Assembly: GCF_018350175.1 (NCBI RefSeq)
Contig: NC_058368.1
Location: 204,602,001-204,666,000, forward strand
From: Felis catus
Lineage: Eukaryota
Length of the DNA: 64,000 nucleotides
Direction: 5' to 3'
Of this stretch, positions 13,160-26,773 are shown in pieces; within the stretch, counting starts at the first letter, position 1; each line of letters opens with the position of its first letter. The notes under the pieces are model-generated. The model worked only from the letters and a program-made list of their open reading frames with translations, did not search any database and was not told where the DNA came from. Made by a program: the position numbers and the translations under genes.

Positions 13160-13620
13160 AGAAAATCTCTCCACAAAAGTAGGAGAAAAAGAAAACAGTT
13201 TTATTATTGAATAGACATTAAATCAGTGAGCATCATGAGCAACCCATCGAGAGATCGCAAAGACAGAGGAAACCTCACCTTTCACATAGCCCAGCAGAAA
13301 TGGCCCATCACATGCATGTAGTGTACTTAATACTAGTTCTCAAGTAAGAGGATTTAGCTCCATTTGTCATACACAGTCCACCATAAATTCACCTGGTTAT
13401 TGGGATACCTATTTGCATTAATTAGCTCAGTGGCTTTATCCACAGGAGAAACAAATTTCTATCTTCACGACAGGAGTTTTAAAATTTAAAGTAAGACACA
13501 CACACTGAAGTGGGACTCCCACTTTCCTGGAAACCGTGGCTCAACTTCCCTCATGTTTACATTTCAAAGAGATAGCTCCCAGGTCCTGGAGAAAGACATT
13601 CTGGGTCCTAAAGCCAGCGG
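13160..13620 (-). mobile_element. ERV1-class LTR (MER31/MER67-like)
   Basis: Reverse AATAAA near 13200 and tgtttacatttcaaagagatagctcccaggtcctggagaaagacattc motif. Confidence 0.5.
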
Positions 13621-15226
13621 TGGGAGCTGGGATCCAGCCTAGGCTTGACCTAGCGACCAGGAATTCCCCTGAGGGAATTTGCTCCTTTTGATTCGTGGAA
13701 TTAGCGTGACCTTAAATGTTGGCTCTAGATACAGGGGAGGCAGATTGTAAGATTTCTGTTCCTCCCTTAGTGCTGGAGCTTAAGAGGAGATACACATTTC
13801 GGAGGGGCTGGGGAAGCTGTTTGTCAGCTGCTTCGGTGGACTCAATTAAAAATATGCAGATGCAGGTCATTTCCTGTATTACACATACCTTAACATGGCC
13901 TTAGGAGTTAATGGCCTTCACAGTTGAAGAGGCCTCACCTCAATCCAGAAACTTCCATTGTTGCTGCAGCGGAGACCATCAAAGGCCTCAGGGTTGTTGT
14001 TGAGAGGCCCCCTCTATCTGGTTATGTCTCTGAGCCCAATTCTCCATATATCCCATTTGAGTAACCAGAAGCTGCTAATTTCTTATTCACTTGAACCCCA
14101 GCTGAATCCCTCCTTCACTAAAGCTGTGCTGATTGGATCTGTCCAGTGCCCAACCCCCAGAATCCTTCAGTCTCTGATGATGTAAACTCACTTGGCTCCT
14201 ACTGTGCATTCATGCTTACCAGAGGCAATCCAAAACATCCCCAGGAATTTTAGGATTCTTAGGCCAGGGCACAGTGGCCGAGCACCATTTTGACATGGCA
14301 TCTGGTCCTGCTTGGGCACCATTCTCTGTTCCTCTTACCAGGCTTCTGTTTGGTTCCTGAATCTAAGCCCCTATCTCATACCACGCCAGTGTCTTGTCCA
14401 ACTAAGCCCCTCTGCTCGAATGATGACATTTATAATCTACCCAGGACTCTACTTGCTCTAAAACCTAGGCTCCCACTTGATAGTTATGTGCTTGCCCTTG
14501 AACCACCATGCAGACTCTGGGCTCTTTCCCTGGTGCTGCAGAACCCCAGTGCTCCTCCCAGGTCCTCTGCAGAAGCATTTTCCCAACGGTCTTCTCCTCC
14601 TAGGGCCTTTAGGACACAGCCAGGCAACAGGCTTGTGTTCTTACTAAGTGTTTCGATGCCTTCTGGACACTACACCCCCTGGATTGGATCTGTCCTCCAA
14701 CCTCTAGGCACTCAACATCTGCTTCACCCTGAAGAGCTGCTCTAGCCGTTCTAGCAGTCAGGAATCCACTTCTCCTTTGGCCGCCCTATATCTTTTCCGT
14801 TCCAATGCCCCTTGTGTCTATCCCTTCCCAGTGTGGACACTGACTGAACTGGGCAATAGGAATAGAGGTGTTGGTTAAAGGTTAATGGTCTCTTTCAGGA
14901 AGAAATGTGACTCTGAAACCCTGGATGCAGCTTGGGTAATATCTTCCTTTAGAATCAATATGATAACTAGTGTTCTAAATTACTAATGACTGTACTTTTA
15001 AGAAACGTACTCATTACCCAAATAATACCCATTCATTATAAAATTAGAAATTATGCATAGAGGAAAAGAAATAGTCACTTATAAACTACTCAGCTAGGCT
15101 CAGCAATTTCCAGTGTTGTTTGTTCATCATTACTATATGGAGATAATGTTAGGAATACATATTTCTGGTCTCTAATCCAGAACTATCGAGTCAAAGTTTC
15201 CAAGGGTAAGGCCTGAGAATCTGTGC

Positions 15227-15454
15227 TTTTATTTTATTTTTTTATTTTTTTAACGTTTATTTATTTTTGAGACAGAGAGAGATAGAGCATGAATGGGGGA
15301 GGGTCAGAGAGAGAGGGAGACACAGAATCTGAAACAGGCTCCAGGCTCTGAGCTGTCAGCACAGAGCCCTATGCGGGGCTCGAACTCACGGACCGCGAGA
15401 TCATGACCTGAGCCGAAGTCGGCTGCTTAACCGACTGAGCCACCCAGGCGCCCC
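15227..15454 (-). mobile_element. Can-SINE (SINEC_Fc)
   Basis: Full length; TSD GAGAATCTGTG. Confidence 0.93.
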
Positions 15455-15723
15455 GAGAATCTGTGTTTTAAAAAAATTTCTGATGTAACAAGTTCACTAA
15501 TCTGAAGCCACAAGTCTAGATAGAATCACTGTTAATATTTGGTGGAGTCTACCATGTTTTCTGTTCACAGATAATTTAATTTATTTATTTTAATAAAATT
15601 TTGGGATAATATTGTGTATTACTCATGATGGCACCCAAGCCCTAATTACCTTCAGCAAAAAGAATTTATTTACTCATAACTTAGAAGTCCAGGGCTGGCT
15701 CTCACTTTAAGAATACTCAGTCC

Positions 15724-15926
15724 GGGGGCGCCTGGGTGGCTCGGCGGGTTCAGTGTCTGACTTTGGCTCAGCTCATGATCTTGTGGTTTGTGAGTTTGAG
15801 CCCTGTGTCTGGCTCACTGCTGTCAGCCTGTCAGTGCAGAGCCCACTTCGGGTCCTCCGTCCCCTCTCTCTGCCCTTCCCCGGCTTGTGCTCTCCCCCAA
15901 ATACATAAATATTAAAAAAAAAAAAA
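15724..15926 (+). mobile_element. Can-SINE
   Basis: Full length; TSD aagaatactcagtcc / aagaatactaagtcc. Confidence 0.92.
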
Positions 15927-16360
15927 GAATACTAAGTCCAAGGTGTCTGATATCTTTACCACCTTTAACTTTATTTGGAAGTCAAGGCCCTCCTCTGCTT
16001 TGACAATTGGAAGAAAAGTTCCAGGAATTGTCCTCATGAGCCTGTCTTTCGTGTTGTGCTAAGGGGATTCTGGTACTTAGGTTTGATCAGATTCACTTCT
16101 TTGACCTGTATGGGTTGAGTCAGTACCACCTGAAACACACGGCTTGTTCCTTTATGAGAAGGGGAAGTTCTATCACCAGGGGAAGGGGAAGGGCATTTGC
16201 TGACCAGACGGAAACAATAGATACACAACAGATTGCACAGATGGGCCTGCTTCCCATTATTTTCACTTAATATTGTCTGCTCTTCACATTTCATGGCATC
16301 ATGTATTCTTTGAAAATCCGATAGTTTATTGCTGCACAATGTTCTCCTTTATGTGGACGC

Positions 16361-16889
16361 TGTATTAGTTCTCTATTGCTGCATTTCAAATTGCTTCAAA
16401 ATTTAGCAGCTTAAAACAAACAAAAAAAAAAACTTCTTGTCTCACACAATTGCTGAGTGTCAGTAGTCTCAGAGTGCTTGGCTAGGTAGTTCTGGCCCAG
16501 GTCTGTCATAAGGTTGCATGCTAGCTGTCCCCCAGAGCTAGTCCTTGAGGACTTGGCAGGGTGGAGGGTCTTCTTCCAAGCTCACTCACGTGGCTGTTGG
16601 CTAGGGGCTTTGGTTCCTCGCCATGTGGGTTTCTCCACAGGGCTGCTGATGACATGGCTTGCTTCAAGGGAGACATCCATGAGAGAAGGCAAGGGAGGTA
16701 TGGGCAGGGAGAAAAGAAAGTTGCAAGTTTTTATCTTATATTTTAATCTTGGAAATGCAATATCATCACTTTTGCTTTATTATATTGGTCCCACAGACCT
16801 ATGCTGGGGCAATGTGGAGGGGCTGCACAAAGGTATGAATACCAGGAGGTAGAGATCACAGGGGGCCATCTTGGAGGCTGCCAATCACA
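16361..16889 (-). mobile_element. MaLR MLT1-type LTR
   Basis: tgtattagtt...ttagcagcttaaaacaa...gggggccatcttggaggctgccaatcaca, typical reverse MLT1 termini. Confidence 0.75.
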
Positions 16890-17018
16890 GATACCATTTC
16901 TTTCTTGTCAGATAATTAGGTTGTTTCCAGTTTGTCAAGAGTTTAAAGCATCTTGTATAGCAAGCATTATGTTTAAAATTGGGAAAAATATATAATTTTA
17001 AAAAAAGAATTAAGAGCA

Positions 17019-17230
17019 GGGAGCCTGGGTGGCTCAGTCAGTTAAGCATCTGGCTCTTGGTTTTGGCTTGGGTCATGGTCTCACAGTTTGTGAGTTTGAG
17101 CCTTTCATCAGGCTCTTTGCTGGCAGTGCAGAGCCTGCTTGGGGTTCTCTCTCTTCTCTCTCTGCTCATCCCCCGCTCTCTCTCTCAAAATAAATACGTA
17201 AACTTTTTTTAAAAATTTAAAAAATAAATA
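17019..17230 (+). mobile_element. Can-SINE
   Basis: SINE head, CT-rich tract, A-tail; TSD aaaagaattaaga. Confidence 0.9.
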
Positions 17231-17382
17231 AAAGAATTAAGATCAATTCTTGAGAACTTTGATGATCAAGACCAAAAAAATTATATCTTGGCCAAAAGAG
17301 GAGTTTCCTATTGATCCAAAGAGAACTTGTAACTCTCTTGAGCTTACATAGCGCAAATGACAGGTATATAAGTGGTTCATTC

Positions 17383-17859
17383 TGTGGTAAAGCCTCTGGG
17401 CCACCATCAGATCCTCTGAGCCCACCTCTGATTTCGGGGGCAGCTGTGATGGGCAGGAGTGACTGACTCACATTTGGCTCTTGCCTGTGTCTTTCCATAT
17501 TCTTCCCCAGGCCTTTCCTTTGCGCTCGGAGCTTGTCTGGTTCCTGCTAAGGGCAGTTCAGAAGTGCTAAAGAGTTAAAGCCCATGGGACACCCCTTGGG
17601 GACCGACATCATAGTATTTATTCCACCTTCCATCTTTCAGGAGAACCACTGAAGAGAAAATTCTGCACGCCACTCAGAAGTCCCAGTGGAATTAACTGTT
17701 AACTGTCTATGGCAGGGACCATAAAAACACACCCACCTTTCCTATCTCACTAAGTTGGCTTGCTCCTGCTTCCTGGGATAACCTCTCCAATAAACTCCCC
17801 ACACAATAAACCCAGTGCTTACCTCTGGGTCTGATTTCAAGGGAATACTCAATAAGTCA
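17383..17859 (+). mobile_element. ERVL LTR (LTR16-like)
   Basis: Ends cctgcttcctgggataacctctccaataaac...ctctgggtctgatttcaagggaatactcaataagtca, resembling the LTR16 3' end. Confidence 0.55.
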
Positions 17860-18078
17860 GCATGGTTTTATAATTACATGTATAATCATCCTGTTGAATT
17901 AAACTGTGAAGTCCCAGAAAAGACCAAGGATTCTTTGCTTTCCTATGAAGTACCATAGGACATGGTATATATACCATGTCTTTTGTGCTTTTGGGTTAAA
18001 GAAACATCATTTCCCTATTTCCTTTACTGAACATATTACAACAAGCTACATTAATAGATGTTAATAGAAAACACTGCT

Positions 18079-18268
18079 GGGGAGCCTGGGTGGCTCAATG
18101 GTTAAACATCCTACTCGATTTTGGCTCCTTTCATGATCTCACAGTTTGTGAGTTCAAGCCTGCTTGGGATTCTCTGTCGCCTTCTCTGCCCCTCCCTGCT
18201 CGTGCTCTCTCTCTCTCTCTCTCTCTCTCAATAAATAAATAAATAACTGAATAAACTTAAAAAAAAAA
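18079..18268 (+). mobile_element. Can-SINE with internal deletion
   Basis: Head, (CT)n, (AAAT)n tail; TSD-like aacactgct / aacattgct. Confidence 0.88.
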
Positions 18269-20097
18269 CCAACATTGCTTCCCAGATAGTTTTCGAAGCT
18301 ATATATTTCAAATGATCACAATAGTTTCTCCTCCAGAAAAAAGAGAGTAGTTAAGATCCACCTTTGGCAAATCAAGGCCATTAAGGAGTGGGATGTTTCC
18401 ATTTAAGCAGGAAGGACTTATACCAGCTGCACCATCACTGGGCCAGATGTGGAACACACCAAAGCTACTATTCAGGACAATTTCCAATTTTGTGATGTGT
18501 CAATCCTAATAAAAAGAGTACAAAAGATAGTCCAAAGTCCTATGAGTTGGCCATGTACTAAGCCCCATGACTTTATGCAGAATCCAATTGCTAGGGACGT
18601 GGCTTCAAGTCAAATCTAAATTACCCTGGGTTAATGGGAGGAGGAGAAGAAAGGCATCTGCTCTATCAATGTCCTTTATCCTTTCTGTACATATTTTTGC
18701 AAGTTATGGGAATGCCTTACTTTATGCAATAGAAATTTATATGAGAAAGTTCTGAGCAAATCATATCATTGTTTAAAATCGCTGTACTTATCTCTAAACT
18801 CATCAAGTTATATATATTAACTATGTACAGCTTTTTGTACGTAAATTTTTAAAAAATAAAATCACTGTAAAAATGGAGGAGGAAGATGTTTATTTACTCC
18901 TGATGACATGGGATAATTTTAGATTTAGATTTTATTCTCATTAAAATTTTCAACATTCAAAAAGGATTCTGGTCAGTCTTTCAGTCCAGCAGCCTTTTTT
19001 AAAACACTTGTGTCCGAACTTAACTGAAAACACAATGCCCAAAGGACTTGGTAGAACTATATCTAAAAATAAAAAAAAAGAACAATATCTATAAACTTGC
19101 TGTGATTCAATGTATATTAAAAAGTTAAGATGAAATGTGTAAGAAAACTCTAATATTTAAACCCTGTGAATATTTTGGTGAAGTAACTATCAGGAACCAG
19201 TCTAATTTATGTTTGGGTTTTTCACATATTAGATTTTCTGCTGAATCACAAATTATCTGTAATAATCATTAAAATGAATTGACATAATTTTAGTTAAAGC
19301 AAAAACAAAAATGAACCCCCAAAAACACCAAACAAAAAAACTTGAGAGTCTAGTAAGTATTTGTACCATAAAGGCAGGCAAATGAAGATAGAGTTTTTTT
19401 GAAATACAGTTTTTTTTAGAGTCCTCATGAACAATTTTTTTATATTTTCAATTACAAATATAAATTTATAGATGTAATCCAATCTCTGGATTTGATATAT
19501 TTTCCCTTGCAAAAATACAAGTAATTTGAACACACTGGACCCTTGTACCACAGCACTGAAAAAAATCAAAGGGATATAATTGGAATACCAAGAAACGGCA
19601 CGTTTGTATAAGTGTAGTAAGATTCATATAAGCTATAATCAGTTTAGCTTAGTTTATATTCTAAATATTTATATATATTTTATTGAAGTATAGTTGACAT
19701 TGAAATACAATCTTAAAGAAACTTCTCAGACCCCATTACTACTTTCAAAGAACGTTGGGTATGTGAAGTCCCCAATTTAAGAGTCCCTGGTTTAGGTCAT
19801 TCTATTTCTTGGAAGTCTGTCTGGGTCACTTGATGCAAATCAAGCTGAGGCCCTGGTAATCTAGAATTATCTCCCTTCTAATGACTGACTGGTAACCTAA
19901 AGATCATAAAACCATGTCAGAGAGAGGACCTTGACCACTGGGAGATGAGTTCATAGCCAAGTCCACACTGGAGGTTACTCTTTTACCAGTAGATTCTGCA
20001 GGGAAAATGTTTGATTAGCATTTCTAGATCAAAGTTCCCATTTGTGAGGTCAGAGCTTTCCGGTGGTCTTACTACCCTATGCTGGAGAGCGACAAGC

Positions 20098-20098
<1 letters not shown>

Positions 20099-20140
<42 letters not shown>

Positions 20141-20141
20141 T

Positions 20142-20175
<34 letters not shown>

Positions 20176-20202
20176 GGGTGTCCTCAACGTCTTTTTCTCT
20201 CT

Positions 20203-20243
<41 letters not shown>
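20099..20243. repeat. (TG)n and (CA)n microsatellite pair
   Basis: Imperfect (TG)n 20099-20172 and (CA)~20 20204-20243. Confidence 0.95.
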
Positions 20244-20246
<3 letters not shown>

Positions 20247-20831
20247 TGTGCTGCTTTGGAGCAGGAAAATGGACCCGAACACACAGTTCATTGTGCTTTT
20301 CCATGTTTGACATCTAATGACTCCAGATGTGGGGTTATACTGGAGAAGAGCTGAATATCAGGACAAATATTCTGTAAATATTCTCTCTTCTCTCCTCATG
20401 GTCTTTTCTTTCTCATTGAATGGGCTAAACACTGAATTCACAATTTTTATAGTGAAACCATGTTATCTTTTTCTTGATCTATCACTCAGATTTTTAAGTA
20501 GTTGGCTTTGGTCCTTAAAATTTATGAATTTTTTCCCCCTTCCAGCCCTCTCTTTAGAAAAAATCCAAAAGAGAGCTCATTTTGCATTTTGGGTAGTATA
20601 TTTATGATGAGCATCATTCAAAAACAATGTGTGGCTCTGTATCTTGGCCAGCAGAGCAGCACTGGAATGCTGGCATAAAACCTATCAATGGGGCAGGGAC
20701 CATTTCAGCAGCTTTTGTTTTGTTTTGTGTTTTGTTTTGTTTTGTGAACTCTCTGGCTGTTGACCAAAGGGCGGTTGCTGTAATCAGATAGGGGATAATT
20801 TTTCACAATTAATTTGCTTCCTCTTGTCTCC

Positions 20832-21041
20832 TTTTTTTCGGAACATTTATTTATTTTCAAGGGACAGAGAGAGACAAAGTGCAAGTGGGGGAGGGGCAGA
20901 GAGAGAGGGAGATACAGAACCAGAAGCAGGCTCCAGGCTCTGAGCTGTCAGCTCACAGCCTGACGCGGGGCTAAACCCAACAGTGAGATCATGACCCGAC
21001 CTGAAGTCAGACGCTTAACTGACTGAGCCACCCAGGCGCCC
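20832..21041 (-). mobile_element. Can-SINE
   Basis: Full-length reverse SINE ending gagccacccaggcgccc. Confidence 0.92.
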
Positions 21042-24000
21042 TTTGTCTCATTTGTTTTTAAGTTTGTAGTCATCGCATGAGGATTATCAGCCCCGTACTC
21101 TCCCAGCAAGGATGCTGCTTCCCAAGGCTGCTGCTTCCATCCCAAGGACAGTTCTGCACTGTGCCCGTCACTTTCTATACTCCTTCTACTCACCCTGAAT
21201 CCCTGTTTGAGAGAGAACTTGATAAAACAGCCAAGAGGGAAGTGAAGGTCTGAGCTCTCTGGTCTCCTCTGGCCTTTGACCTGGCTCCCCATGTGTTCTT
21301 GAGTTTAGCAGGCCTCAGATAGAATTACCACAGATGAGAAGCTAACCAGCCTTTGCCTTCTTCTCAGAAAGGTCCTCTTTTCCCAAGGTCTCTGGACGCT
21401 CAAGCTTTCTCCAGCGATCCAAAGTGCAGGGACGGAGCACAGTGTAATTAATGATGACAGCAAGCAGTCCTGAGTACCTATGGTGTTGGGGGTCACGCAC
21501 TAGCTGTTTACATGCTATCTCATTTCATCCTCAAGGTAAACTTTGCAGACTGTCACTTTCATTTAGGGGTGATGAGATCATTTACACACTCCCCTGGTAG
21601 AACTTTTTCCTACAGCCTGTGTCCCAGGCCTGCAAGCTGCTCTCTGAATGCCCAACTAAAAGCTACCGTTTACTGAAGGTCTGTTACAGTCCCAGGCATT
21701 TTAGCGGCAGCCTTAGATAAGTTCTCTAACTTAGTTTATTCCTCACCACCCTATTAGTCAGCTAGCATTACACCATTTGCTATTTCTCATTTCTCATTGC
21801 TCATGAGAAAATTGTAGCTCGGAGAGTTTGAGTTGCCCAGTCACCCAGCTAGTAAAAGAGAAAATATTCAAGCCCAGTTTTCCTGATTGAAAGAAAAATA
21901 TTGTCTTTCCAAGGCATTAATTATGACTTTGCTTTCTTAACTGAAAAGTAATGCATGAATTCATATCAGATTCAGCATGTAATAGGGCCCCCTAATAGAA
22001 TATTTGAAGTTATGATTGTCCTAAATGAATGGGGAAACAAGTTGACTAAACCCTATTTCATGGTCACCTCTTGTCCTGTCTCCCACATGCCTCAAACTGG
22101 TAGATATCAAGTAGCTTTTAGGAAGGAAGCAACGTGATGAAATGAGTCATCCAGATGAGGCTGGTGTGCTTGTTGTGTTGTGTTTTGTTTTCTTCTATGG
22201 TGTGAACAATGGATAGCTTCAAATTATGGAGTGCTTTGAGGATTTTCCTGTTTTTATGTGGAATTTTAACATATGTGATTGCTAACTTGACAAGAACTGT
22301 CTCTTTTCCTTTCTTCTTTCTTCTTGAACAATGTACAAAAGGCCCAAGTTTCCTATTGGCCTCACCCAGCAGATTCAAAGCCTTCCTTTGTCTGCCCTCT
22401 AGACAATGCAGGACCATGTGATCTCTTATCAATGTCTTTTTTTTCCTTTTAATAATCAGCTTTGTACAGGAAGGTAATTAACCCCAAAAGGAACGTCTAA
22501 TTGGTGAGTTTCTTGCTGGAAGGGGTTTCTGATCCCTCTGAAATCACATACTGGGTGGACATGCATGCGCCCCAGGAGTGAAGTGAGTACTGGGTGAAGG
22601 GAAGAAGAGGAGAGTTCATGAGCTCCCCAGCAGGGGGAGGAGGTGACAAATCCAGGGGTGCTGAGACTTCCCCATTCCCACTCAGTTATCTCCTGGACTA
22701 TACATGAGGCAGGTGACCCAGGCCCCGAGGGGTCTTAAAGTAACGGCCTGGTGGTCTGCTCATCAAGATTGCTTTCCCTGCGCTGACTCCTGTCGGTCGG
22801 ACTGCAACCTGTGCCCATTCACTTCCTGTTTTCAGCTTGACCCTGGGCTCTGCTTCCTCTTTCATCTCTGTGTCCTGAGGAAGAGGAAGCACCGGAAGAG
22901 GAAGGTGACTCCCCAGAGGAAACAGAAGCTGTGCTGAGTCCAGAGGCTTAAGTGATTGACTCAGCACGTCTCACTGGAGCAGGGAGTGGACATCCTGAGG
23001 GTACATTCTGGATCTTAAATGTTTGGAAATCTGGGGCAGAGGAAAGGGCACCGGAGGAAAGGGGAAATCCATCAGACCAATAGGTTCTGGTAAAGGATGT
23101 TGTAGCATTATGATTAGGGGACTTGTGACCCAGATTCAGCGAAGCCAGTGAAGAGGGTCACATTGCTTCCCACACACTGGTCCACGAGGGTGCCCTCAGG
23201 TCAGTGAGAGGTTTTTATTAAAATTTTACAAGTTACTAACCTGAGATTTGCTGATCTTCTAGTTCACAAAATACTCAAATACTCTAAGTTGTTTTTGCTG
23301 CTTATTCATTTCTGGGCACCTTTTCACACGCGTAGGGAGAAAGGGCATGAACACATCATAGCCCCCCCCAACCCCAACACAGGCGTATTTACTCCTAATA
23401 AACCACTGAGGCCAAACTCCAGTGGGCACAGGCAACCCGAGTTTGGTCAAGTCTCTGAAGTTAAGTTTCCTCCTTTGTAAGTGTGAGAGAAAATAGGGTG
23501 TCGTGAGGATTAAATGGGTTAATAAATTTTCCTTCATTTTTTTCCCAGCAGATATTTATCGAAAGCTTATCCTGTGTTCCCTTCCTCCAAACTGTGGGAT
23601 TCTCAGCAAACACAATAGATGGGCTCTGATTATCAAGACACTTCCATGGCATAGTGCGTTAGTGGTTTCTAATCTTTAAAAAAACATTAAAAAAAAATTG
23701 AGTAACCCTTTGTCTAGTAGTAATCTTACCTGGAAATCACTGTGTGAAATAAGTGAAAAGGAAATAACTGCAGAAACTAAAGTTCTGCTTGCTTATCCCG
23801 GCCCCAGTTTCCCGGTGAACTTTGGGAGTACTGTTTGAGCACTACCTCAGTCAATTTCTTCACACACGCCAAAGATACAGATTGGGAACACGATGACTCT
23901 CAAATCTGCAAATACTCTGTGTGGATGCTGTTAGTGTCCGCCCAGACCCCCTACGCTGGCTGGAGCCCCAGCCTTGCTGCTGGGACTGTTGGCCACTCGC

Positions 24001-26570
24001 AGCTCACAGCTGACAGCCCCCCCTCCCCCCCACCGATCCAGAACTTTGTCCTTGGCTTTGGGGAGCCTACTTGTCCCGAGAAGCTAGGGGACACCTCCTT
24101 CCTTGACTCAACGTAGAGAAACTCTGTGGAGCCAGCCCTTCATGCATCAGAGCGCTCTGTGGGACCCGGCTGAGACTGACCTCAGCTAGAGCCCTCACCT
24201 TTGCCTGCCTTCTCTTCCCGCCTGTCCCGCTTCCTCCTTCCATTCTGATTTCCCCTGCAAACACCCTCTGCACAAATCTCCTACACAAGGATTCCCGTCG
24301 CAGGCTATGCTTTTAGGGAGCCCCACCTGACACTTTTCTCTGTTCCATATGATGCCTATTTGGCACCAAGGCACAGAAGCACGATGTTGATGGAACCCTA
24401 AAGTTTCCGTGTCCATCGATGCTCACTGTTAAATTGCGACACCAAGGCTCCTCAGTATATGTTAGCATTTCCTAAACTAAGTACTAGGCAAATGTGAATC
24501 TTTTTTTTTTTTTTTTTTTTTTTCTGGCCAGGAGTGATAGCAGCAGGAATGGTATAAGCTGCCTTCAGACACTGACTGCTCTTCCCCACCTTTCACTAAA
24601 GTTCAAGTAAGTCAGCAAACAGAGATGCACTAGCTTCAGAATGCTTGCTTAACTGACCTGGTTGGGGTGTGTGGTGACTCAGAGACGACATTATTTTGTC
24701 CTCCCAGCAAGGACAGCGCAGGACTCTCGTGGGACTGAACAACAGATGCGTTGCAAAACATTTGAAAAATTTACCATTTTTGGTAAAAAAAAAAAATCTC
24801 ATTCTTGAAAGTTGTTTGGTTACAGTTATGTTTTATTTCCATGGGCAAGGCAGAAACTTGGGGAAAAAAAAAAACCAAATTCATCTTTCATAAATTATTT
24901 GTCTTAAAATAATTTCAGTGAAGTCTGCAAGTGGGTGGGCTTTTGTCTGAAATAAACGTTATTCATGCTGCAGCAGAAAATGCGGCGGTGTCTTGTGTCA
25001 CTTGTGTCTTCTCAGCCCTTGAGGCCGGGGAACACGACGCACATAGGCCAGGGAGGTCTACAGCACGGTGTTGGCTGGAGCTGGAGATCCCTCTTGATCT
25101 GGTCTTTCTGAGACATCCTGGGGAGAAAGTGTAAGTGTGTGATGCGTATGTGAGTGTGTGTACGTTTGTGAGAGTGTGTGTGTCCATGTGCACGTGAGGG
25201 CGCGTCTGTGTGAGCGTGCGTATGTATGCGGAAAGAGCTGGAACCACCAAAATCCAGGAGGGGCTGTGGAGTCCTCCAACCTCAAGGGGTTTCTCTGGTG
25301 GTGTAGAGTGAGCCACCAGAGTTGTTTTTATGGACAAGAAGTAAGCATCCTGAGTGTGTCTGTGTGAGTCTGGGGGACGGGATTTGTGGAGCTAGAGCTG
25401 GGGTTCAAGAGGAAGTTTACTTTTCAAGCGCCATGCTCTTGGAAAGACTTTGACCTCTGAGACGGCTTTCATACCTAAGTTGTCAGCTATGTGTTTTCCC
25501 GAATTACATCACGTCGAAAAAAATTCTTTGCAACTCCATAAATATTTATATGCATCCTTATTGGTTAGGGCCCTATCATAAAACACACGAAAGAGAATTG
25601 GTGAAAAGGGGTGAGTGAACAGAGTTTAATGGGGAGTGTTTACACAGGCAGGGGCATGATAAGAAGCAATGAACTCAGTGAGAACTGTAGCCAATGGAGA
25701 AGCTGCCTGATGACCTTTGCAGACTTTAGCAGAGGAACGCAGCAGCTGCCAAACCAAAGCCTGGTCAGAAGAGGCTCTGATCTCTGCCTCTTCCTTCCCT
25801 CCATCTCCTGTCAATGTTCTGCACTGGTGGAGACCAACCAGAAACTGAAGGCAAGGAGCCCCTGGTGATGGCAGGCACAGAGCAGGGTGGTGATGGGTGG
25901 GAGAGTAGACCTGGACAGGCAAATGGAGAATGTCTGTGACGGCACACTGCGACATGTGGGCTCTATGCGAGGTGCTGCAGGTACACAGCGGGCGAGGTGT
26001 GGCCCCTTTCTAGAAGAACGCAAGTTAGTAACTCTAGGAGAGAGCTGGCTTAGAATAGCGGTCTAGATAGTGGCTGTCTTATGGCAGAGCAAATGACAGC
26101 TTATAATCAATCTAGAAACTGGAATCCATATGCCTAAGAATAGCAGCCTCTGAACCAAAACCCTGATATTGATATGCAATACCTTTCTTGTGTCTTTCTC
26201 TGACAGGGTCCTGTCAGAGAAATGCAGACCCTGACCCTTAGATATTTGGCAACCTGGGTTCCTTGTTAGTGTGACCTGTTTTGCTAATGGCATTAAAAGG
26301 TGCCCTGCAGTAATGCAGTAGAAAGGAGAGGGACCCCACCCCCACTCCACTCCCACCTTACCTGCCAAGTTAGCTCACAATGTCCTGTCATCTCCGGGGC
26401 GGGGGGGGGGGGGGGACAATTGGCAACTGAAGGAAACATGATGAAACGTGAAACAAGGTAATACAGGACGTCCGTACATGACAAGTACGTGACATTACTT
26501 AACTTGTGAAACCTGTCACAGCTCTACATGGCAACACAGTAAACATCATGGGTGCGTGTGTGTGTATGTC

Positions 26571-26773
26571 TTATTTTTTAAAGTTAAAAAAATATATTTA
26601 TTTTGGGGGGGAGGGAGGGGCAGAGAGAGAAGGAGAGAGAGAGAGAGGGAGAATCCCAAGCAGGCTCCATGCTGTCAGCACAGAGCCTGATGCGGGGATC
26701 CGACCCAGGAACTGTGAGATCATGCCCCGAATTGAAGTTGGACACTTTACCGACTGAGCCACCCAGGCGCCCC
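26571..26773 (-). mobile_element. Can-SINE
   Basis: Full-length reverse SINE ending gagccacccaggcgcccc. Confidence 0.9.

Noticed and set aside
14290..14745. 151-aa ORF on + strand
   Set aside because: Non-ATG start, no recognisable domain or splice context; probably a chance ORF in old LTR-derived sequence.
20011..20354. Cys/Val- and His/Thr-rich ORFs
   Set aside because: Translations of (TG)n/(CA)n microsatellites.
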